DNA of 64,000 nt from Acidimicrobiales bacterium. GTDB taxonomy: Bacteria > Actinomycetota > Acidimicrobiia > Acidimicrobiales > Bog-793. A program made the translations under genes and the position numbers. Shown here in pieces: positions 58,519 to 64,000 of the stretch; position 1 is the first letter of the stretch, and each line of letters opens with the position of its first letter. The stretch spans positions 11,710 through 75,709 of the forward strand of contig JBEKBT010000001.1 in NCBI GenBank assembly GCA_050015255.1, given 5' to 3'. A model generated the notes under the pieces. It was not told the origin of the DNA and ran no database searches. It saw nothing but the letters and a program-made list of their open reading frames with translations.

Positions 58519-61500
58519 ATGCCCAAGCCACTAGTGATCGTCGAGTCGCCGGCGAAGGCGAAGACCATCGCCGGCTACCTCGGTGGTGACTACGTCGTCG
58601 AGTCGTCGATCGGCCACATTCGCGATCTGCCCCGATCGGCGGCCGACGTCCCGGCCGCCTTGAAGGCCGAGCCGTGGGCCCGTCTCGGCGTCGACGTGGA
58701 GAACGACTTCAAGCCTCTTTACGTCGTGTCGCGCGAGAAACGAGAGCAGGTCGCGAAGCTTCGCCGCCTCGTCTCCTCGGCGAGCGAGGTCTACCTGGCG
58801 ACAGACGAGGACCGCGAGGGCGAGTCCATCGCCTGGCACCTGGCCGAGGTGCTCTCGCCCCGGGTCCCGGTGAAGCGCATGGTGTTCCACGAGATCACTC
58901 CCGCCGCCATCCACTCCGCCATCGAGCATCCTCGTGACCTCGACCGGCGCCTGGTGGACGCGCAAGAGGCAAGGCGCATACTCGACCGTCTCTACGGCTA
59001 CGAGGTCTCGCCCGTGCTCTGGCGCAAGGTGGCCAAGGGCCTCTCCGCGGGTCGGGTGCAGAGCGTGGCCACCCGGATCGTGGTAGAGCGTGAGCGCGAG
59101 CGGATGCAGTTCCGCTCGGCCAGTTGGTGCAGCGTCGAGGGGAGCTTCTCCGCCGACGCGCAGCCCTTCGCCGCGCGCCTGGTCGAGATCGGTGGTCGCC
59201 AGGTGGCCACGGGCGACGACTTCGCCCCGACAGGGACGCTCATATCACCGGACGAGGTCATTCTCTTCGACGAGCCGGGAGCGACCGGGCTCGTGGCGGC
59301 CCTCGACGGCGCCGAGTTCCGTGTCGCGAGCGTCGAGGAACGCCCCTACCGGCGCTCGCCGGCCGCTCCGTTCATCACCTCCACGCTCCAGCAGGAGGCG
59401 GCCCGCAAACTGCGCTTCTCGGCGCAGCGGACCATGCAGGTCGCCCAGCACCTCTACGAGCGGGGCTACATCACCTATATGCGCACCGACTCGACGACGT
59501 TGTCGGACACCGCCGTCAGGGCCGCTCGGGACCAGGCTCGGGCGCTCTATGGGGAAAAGTCGGTGCCTCGCTCTCCCAGGGTTTACCGCAGCAGGGTCAA
59601 GAACGCCCAGGAGGCCCACGAGGCGATCCGGCCTGCCGGCGACCGCTTCCGCACCCCGTCTCAGGTCGCCGGCGAGCTCAAGGGCGAGGAGCGGCGTCTT
59701 TACGAGCTCGTCTGGCAGCGGACGCTCGCCTCGCAGATGAACGACGCCACCGGGACGAGCGCGCGGGCGCGCATCGAGGCGCGGACCTCGGCCAAGTCCT
59801 CGGTCGCTCCAGCCGGCACCACGACGGCGTTCGTGGCCAACGGCACGGTCATCACCGACCCCGGTTTTCTCGCCGTGTACAGAGAGGACGAGGACGAGAA
59901 CGGGGACGGCCACGGCGAGCGCCGCGACGGCCAGGATGTGCGCCTGCCCAGGCTGGTCGTCGGGGGCGACGTGGTCTGCGACGGCCTCGAGGTCGAGGAC
60001 CACGCCACCAAGCCGCCGGCTCGTTACACCGAGGCCTCGCTCGTTCGCCGCCTCGAGGAGCTCGGCGTCGGCCGGCCCTCGACCTATGCGAGCATCATCG
60101 GGACCATCCAGGACCGCGGCTATGTCTGGAAGAAGGGGACGGCGCTCGTCCCCTCTTTCACGGCCTTCGCCGTCGTCGGCCTGCTGGAGGACTACTTCGC
60201 CAACCTGGTCGACTACGGGTTCACAGCCTCGATGGAGGACGATCTCGACGAGATCGCCTCGGGAGGGGAGGAGGAGGTCCCCTGGCTCGAGCGCTTCTAC
60301 TTCGGCGAGAGCGCGACGGAGGGCGTGCGATCGGCAAAAGCGCCGGGCCACTCGCTGGCCGTCGACGGTGTCCACGGCCTCAAGCGGGCCGTGGAGCTGC
60401 ATCTCGGCGAGATCGACGCCCGGGAGGTGAACTCGATCTCGCTCGGCACGGATGCAAACGGGCGTGAGATCGTTGTCCGCGTGGGTCGCTACGGCCCGTA
60501 CCTGCAGCGCGGCGAGGAGCGCGCCGCGATCCCGGAGGAACTGGCTCCCGACGAGGTCACCTTGGAGAAGGCTGCCGAGCTGCTCGAGAACCCGTCCTCG
60601 GATCGGGTCCTCGGCCAAGACCCGGTCACGGGGAAGACGGTGCTGCTGCGCGCCGGGCGTTTCGGTCCCTATGTCCAGCTCGGGGAGGCGACCGGGGAGA
60701 CCGACAAGCCACGGACGGCGTCGCTGCTGAAGACGATGAACATGGTGGAGGTCACCCTGGACGACGCTCTGCGTCTGTTACAGCTCCCACGCACCGTCGG
60801 CGCAGATCCCGAGACCGGTGAGGAGATCATCGCCGCCAACGGCCGGTTCGGCCCGTTCTTGAAGCGGGGCTCTGAGACTCGCAGCCTTGAGACCGAGGAC
60901 CAGCTGTTCACGGTGACACTCGAAGAGGCGCTCCGCCTACTTTCCGAGCCGAAGAAAGGCCGCTACGGCTCGAGCCCTGCGCCGCTTCGCGAGATTGGGA
61001 CCGACCCCGAGTCGGGATCGCCGATCGTGCTGCGCTCGGGCCGTTTCGGACCTTATGTCACCGACGGGACGACGAACGCCTCGCTGCGCCGGGGCGACGA
61101 CCCGGAGGAGCTGTCCCTCGAACGCGCCGTCGAGCTGATCGCGGAGCGCCGCGCGGCTGGTCCCTCCAAGCGCGCCCCTCGCAGAGCCGCCGGAACGAAG
61201 AAGGCCGGAGCGCGCAAGACAGCCGGGGCGCGCAAGACCGCCGGAGCGCGCAAGGCCGCCGGAGCGCGCAAGGCCGCCGGAGCGCGCAAGACCGCCGGGG
61301 CGAAGGCAGTCGGCACCACGACGGCCGGGGCGGCCAAGAAGGCCGGGACTACCAAGAAGGCCGGGACTACCAAGAAGGCCGGGACTACCAAGAAAGCTGC
61401 CGGCGCCAAGAAGGCTGCCGGCGCCAAGAAGGCCGCCGGCGCCAAGAAGGCCGGGGCGCGCAGAGCGCCAGGGGCCGCGCTCAGGAGGACTAGCACCGAC

Positions 61501-61527
61501 TCGGTTTCTCAGCCTGAGGACTGGTAG
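58519..61527 (+). CDS. topA: DNA topoisomerase I with actinobacterial C-terminal repeats and Lys/Ala-rich tail
   Basis: LVIVESPAKAKTI, GHIRDL, ATDEDREGESIAWHL, SAGRVQS, ITYMRTDS, GRPSTYA, GR(F/Y)GP repeats. Confidence 0.96.
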   Translation: MPKPLVIVESPAKAKTIAGYLGGDYVVESSIGHIRDLPRSAADVPAALKAEPWARLGVDVENDFKPLYVVSREKREQVAKLRRLVSSASEVYLATDEDREGESIAWHLAEVLSPRVPVKRMVFHEITPAAIHSAIEHPRDLDRRLVDAQEARRILDRLYGYEVSPVLWRKVAKGLSAGRVQSVATRIVVERERERMQFRSASWCSVEGSFSADAQPFAARLVEIGGRQVATGDDFAPTGTLISPDEVILFDEPGATGLVAALDGAEFRVASVEERPYRRSPAAPFITSTLQQEAARKLRFSAQRTMQVAQHLYERGYITYMRTDSTTLSDTAVRAARDQARALYGEKSVPRSPRVYRSRVKNAQEAHEAIRPAGDRFRTPSQVAGELKGEERRLYELVWQRTLASQMNDATGTSARARIEARTSAKSSVAPAGTTTAFVANGTVITDPGFLAVYREDEDENGDGHGERRDGQDVRLPRLVVGGDVVCDGLEVEDHATKPPARYTEASLVRRLEELGVGRPSTYASIIGTIQDRGYVWKKGTALVPSFTAFAVVGLLEDYFANLVDYGFTASMEDDLDEIASGGEEEVPWLERFYFGESATEGVRSAKAPGHSLAVDGVHGLKRAVELHLGEIDAREVNSISLGTDANGREIVVRVGRYGPYLQRGEERAAIPEELAPDEVTLEKAAELLENPSSDRVLGQDPVTGKTVLLRAGRFGPYVQLGEATGETDKPRTASLLKTMNMVEVTLDDALRLLQLPRTVGADPETGEEIIAANGRFGPFLKRGSETRSLETEDQLFTVTLEEALRLLSEPKKGRYGSSPAPLREIGTDPESGSPIVLRSGRFGPYVTDGTTNASLRRGDDPEELSLERAVELIAERRAAGPSKRAPRRAAGTKKAGARKTAGARKTAGARKAAGARKAAGARKTAGAKAVGTTTAGAAKKAGTTKKAGTTKKAGTTKKAAGAKKAAGAKKAAGAKKAGARRAPGAALRRTSTDSVSQPEDW
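61195..61456 (+). repeat. 18-bp-unit degenerate repeats encoding the TopA tail (AGARKT, KKAGTT, AAGAKK)
   Basis: Seen directly in the sequence. Confidence 0.8.
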
Positions 61528-61628
61528 GCAGATCGCCTCCCGCGGAGGCTCTGTGCGAAGCTCTGGCGGCCGATCCGCTGGCGCAGACGCGGGAGGGTTT
61601 CGCCCGTCAACCTAAGGGGGTTTCGTCT

Positions 61629-62330
61629 ATGGCCAAGAAGCTCGTGGCTGAACTGGTCGGTACGTTCGTCCTGGTCTTTTTCGCCGTCGGGAGCGCGGTC
61701 GGCGGGATCAAGCTGATCGGGCCCGTCGGCGTGGCGTTCGCCTTCGGCCTCGTGCTCCTGGCGCTCGTCTATGCCATCGGACCGGTGTCGGGTTGCCACG
61801 TCAATCCGGCTGTCACCCTGGGGGCGCTGCTCGCCGGGCGCATCCCTTTGCGCGAGGCGGCCGGTTACTGGGTCGTGCAGTTCGTCGGTGGCATCGCCGG
61901 TGGCGCAATGTTGAAGTTGATGACTTCCAGCTTCGGCAAGGTCGTGGACCAAACGGGAACGCTCGGCACCGACTCCTACGGCAAGCACATCAGCGAGGGT
62001 GGTGCCTTCGTCCTCGAGATCGTGCTCACGTTTCTTCTCGTGTTCGTCGTTCTCATGGCGACCGAAAAGGGAGCCGCCGCCGGCTTCGCGGGGCTCGCGA
62101 TCGGCCTCTCGCTGACGGTGATCCACCTGGTGGGCATACCGCTCGACGGCACTTCGGTGAACCCGGCGCGAGCGCTCGGTCCGGCGTTGTTCCAGGGCGG
62201 GACCGCGCTCAGCCAAGTGTGGCTGTTCATCGTGGCGCCCCTCGTAGGCGGCGTGCTGGCGGCAGGCCTGAACCTGATGCTCTGGAGCGAGTCGAAGCCG
62301 CTCGAGCGCGAGCTCAAGGCCGAGGCCTGA
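61629..62330 (+). CDS. aqpZ: Aquaporin (MIP family)
   Basis: AELVGTF, SGCHVNPAVT, GTSVNPAR, LIHL-like VIHLVG, WLFIVAPL.G. Confidence 0.9.
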   Translation: MAKKLVAELVGTFVLVFFAVGSAVGGIKLIGPVGVAFAFGLVLLALVYAIGPVSGCHVNPAVTLGALLAGRIPLREAAGYWVVQFVGGIAGGAMLKLMTSSFGKVVDQTGTLGTDSYGKHISEGGAFVLEIVLTFLLVFVVLMATEKGAAAGFAGLAIGLSLTVIHLVGIPLDGTSVNPARALGPALFQGGTALSQVWLFIVAPLVGGVLAAGLNLMLWSESKPLERELKAEA

Positions 62331-62439
62331 GCAGTTGTCCCCGCGCGCCCCGAGAAACGGGGCCGCGGGCCGGCGAAGCGACCGCCTCCGCCAGCGGCTA
62401 CTGCCGTGGTGCAGGCCGTGAGGCTCTATCGTTCGAACT

Positions 62440-63084
62440 GTGGGCACAAAGGGGCGTTTTGTCGCGCTCGAAGGCGGCGAGGGCGCCGGGAAATCGACCC
62501 AGTCCCGCCTTCTTGCCGCGGCGATCGGCGCCGAGCAGAGCCGCGAGCCGGGCGGGAGCCCTATCGCCGAGCGCATCCGGGCGCTTCTTCTCGACCCGTC
62601 GCTCGGCGTGCTTGCGCCCCGAGCCGAGCTGCATCTCATGTTGGCGGCGCGCGCCGAGCATCTGAGCGACCGCATCGAACCGGCGCTCGCAGCTGGGCGC
62701 CACGTCGTCGTCGACCGGTTCGCGGGCTCGACGCTCGCCTACCAGGGCTACGGCCGAGGCTTGCCGATCGAGGAGGTGCGCCTGGCCTGCGACCTTGCGG
62801 CCGGAGGCAGGTGGCCCGACCTGTCGGTTCTCCTGGACCTTCCCCTGGAGCTCGCCGAGGCACGCCGCGCCGCCCAGCACGCGCAACTACCGGGAATGAG
62901 CCCTGACCGGATCGAAGGCGAAGACCGGGAGTTCCACTTGCGAGTGAGCGAAGGCTTCCGCAAGCTCGCCGCGGACGACGCCGAGCACTGGGTCGTGGTC
63001 GACGGCTCCGGGCCCGCGGCCGAAGTCGCCGCCGAGGTGTTGCGAGCCGTTCGGTCACGTCTCGGCATCGGGGGCCCCTCGTGA
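62440..63084 (+). CDS. tmk: Thymidylate kinase
   Basis: FVALEGGEGAGKSTQ, REPGG, ARAEH, VDRF..S..AYQG.GRG, PDL, DRIE. Confidence 0.94.
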   Translation: MGTKGRFVALEGGEGAGKSTQSRLLAAAIGAEQSREPGGSPIAERIRALLLDPSLGVLAPRAELHLMLAARAEHLSDRIEPALAAGRHVVVDRFAGSTLAYQGYGRGLPIEEVRLACDLAAGGRWPDLSVLLDLPLELAEARRAAQHAQLPGMSPDRIEGEDREFHLRVSEGFRKLAADDAEHWVVVDGSGPAAEVAAEVLRAVRSRLGIGGPS

Positions 63085-64000
63085 CCGTGGTCGAGGGCCC
63101 GAGCCGGGCACCCGTGCTCGACCGGGTGAGAGGCCAGCCGGAAGCGGTGCGGCTTCTCCGCGGTTCGCTGCGGACGCCCCTGCACGCCTACCTGTTCCTC
63201 GGGCCGCTCGGCACCGGGAGGCGTGACGCGGCGATTGCTTTCGCGGCGGCTCTGCTGTGCCCCGATAGGGGCTGTGGGCAGTGCCCCTCGTGTCTGGAGG
63301 TGCTCGCGGGCCGACATCCGGATCTCGCCGTCATCGAGCGTGCCGGTGCCTCGATCCTGGTCGACCAGGCACGCGAGGTCGGCCGCATGGCCTTGCGCAC
63401 CCCGCGCGTCGCCCGCTACCAGGTCCTCGTCCTGGTCGACTTCGACCTTGTCGACAAGGCCGCGCCGGCCTTGCTGAAGACGATCGAGGAGCCACCGGAC
63501 ACAACCGTCATCATCCTCATCGCCGAGGCCGTTCCCCGCTCTTTCGTCACGATCGCGAGCAGGTGCGTGCAGGTCCAGTTCAAACCGCTCGACGCTGGGA
63601 CTGTCGTCGAGGTCCTTACAGCCGAGGGCGTCGTGGTCGCGACCTCCGCCGCTTTCGCCGAGGCCTCAGGCGGGCGGCTCGACAGGGCCAGGCTGCTGGC
63701 GCGCGACTTGGGTTTCGCCGAGCGGTTGCACCGATGGAGAACCGTTCCGAGCCGGTTGGACGGGACGGGGTCGAGGGTCGCCGAGCTCGCCGACGAGCTC
63801 GTCGCCGCCGCTGGTGAGCCGCTCGAGGTCGTGCGGGCGCGTCAGGCCGAGGAGCTGGCCCTGCTCCAAGAGGAGGCAGAGCGGGGGGGCGAGAGGGGCG
63901 TCCCGGGACGGGCCGCGATCGAGGAGCGACACCGCCGTGAGCAACGACGGGTGCGAACCGACGAGCTTCGCGCAGGTCTCGATGCCCTCCTTTCTGTGTA
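63081..64000 (+). CDS. holB: DNA polymerase III delta' subunit (runs off the window end)
   Basis: Own translation from GTG 63081: GQPEAV, HAYLFLGP.GTG, LLCP..GCGQCPSC....GRHPD, LLKTIEEPP, TIASRC; follows tmk. Confidence 0.88.
   Translation, partial: MTVVEGPSRAPVLDRVRGQPEAVRLLRGSLRTPLHAYLFLGPLGTGRRDAAIAFAAALLCPDRGCGQCPSCLEVLAGRHPDLAVIERAGASILVDQAREVGRMALRTPRVARYQVLVLVDFDLVDKAAPALLKTIEEPPDTTVIILIAEAVPRSFVTIASRCVQVQFKPLDAGTVVEVLTAEGVVVATSAAFAEASGGRLDRARLLARDLGFAERLHRWRTVPSRLDGTGSRVAELADELVAAAGEPLEVVRARQAEELALLQEEAERGGERGVPGRAAIEERHRREQRRVRTDELRAGLDALLSV

Noticed and set aside
61195-61456. Histone-like Lys/Ala tail on TopA as a novelty
   Set aside because: Lysine-repeat C-terminal tails are an established feature of actinobacterial TopA

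Overview
High-GC, densely coding actinobacterial chromosomal window. The gene content and order suggest an Acidimicrobiia-like organism (inference). 1-14.8 kb is a sugar and sugar-acid catabolic region: a PfkB kinase fused to a GatZ/KbaZ-type domain, a Zn polyol dehydrogenase, rhamnulokinase, FucU, a ROK kinase, then GntR-DapA-AraD-Udh-ALDH. It ends at a junction where a class II aldolase and a LacI regulator have both lost their 5' halves. 15-43 kb holds mixed accessory genes: a GGDEF/EAL pair, an ABC exporter, an output-less membrane sensor coupled to an unannotated 50-aa membrane peptide, an LLM/rhodanese/HAD group and an NCS1-methyltransferase-thiM-kinase operon. 43-64 kb is core-like: glnE, nadE, a sigma-70 factor, a HAD-IB hydrolase, two trkA genes, a KimA-like permease fused to an OB fold, hppA, topA, aqpZ, tmk and a partial holB. 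Non-coding signals include sigma28 (FliA/WhiG)-like promoter motifs, many TAnnnT-N6-8-start leaderless signatures, several long hairpins and recurrent in-frame tandem duplications. I recognised no rRNA, tRNA, CRISPR array, IS element or prophage. All protein calls come from motif recognition by eye; no database searches were run.
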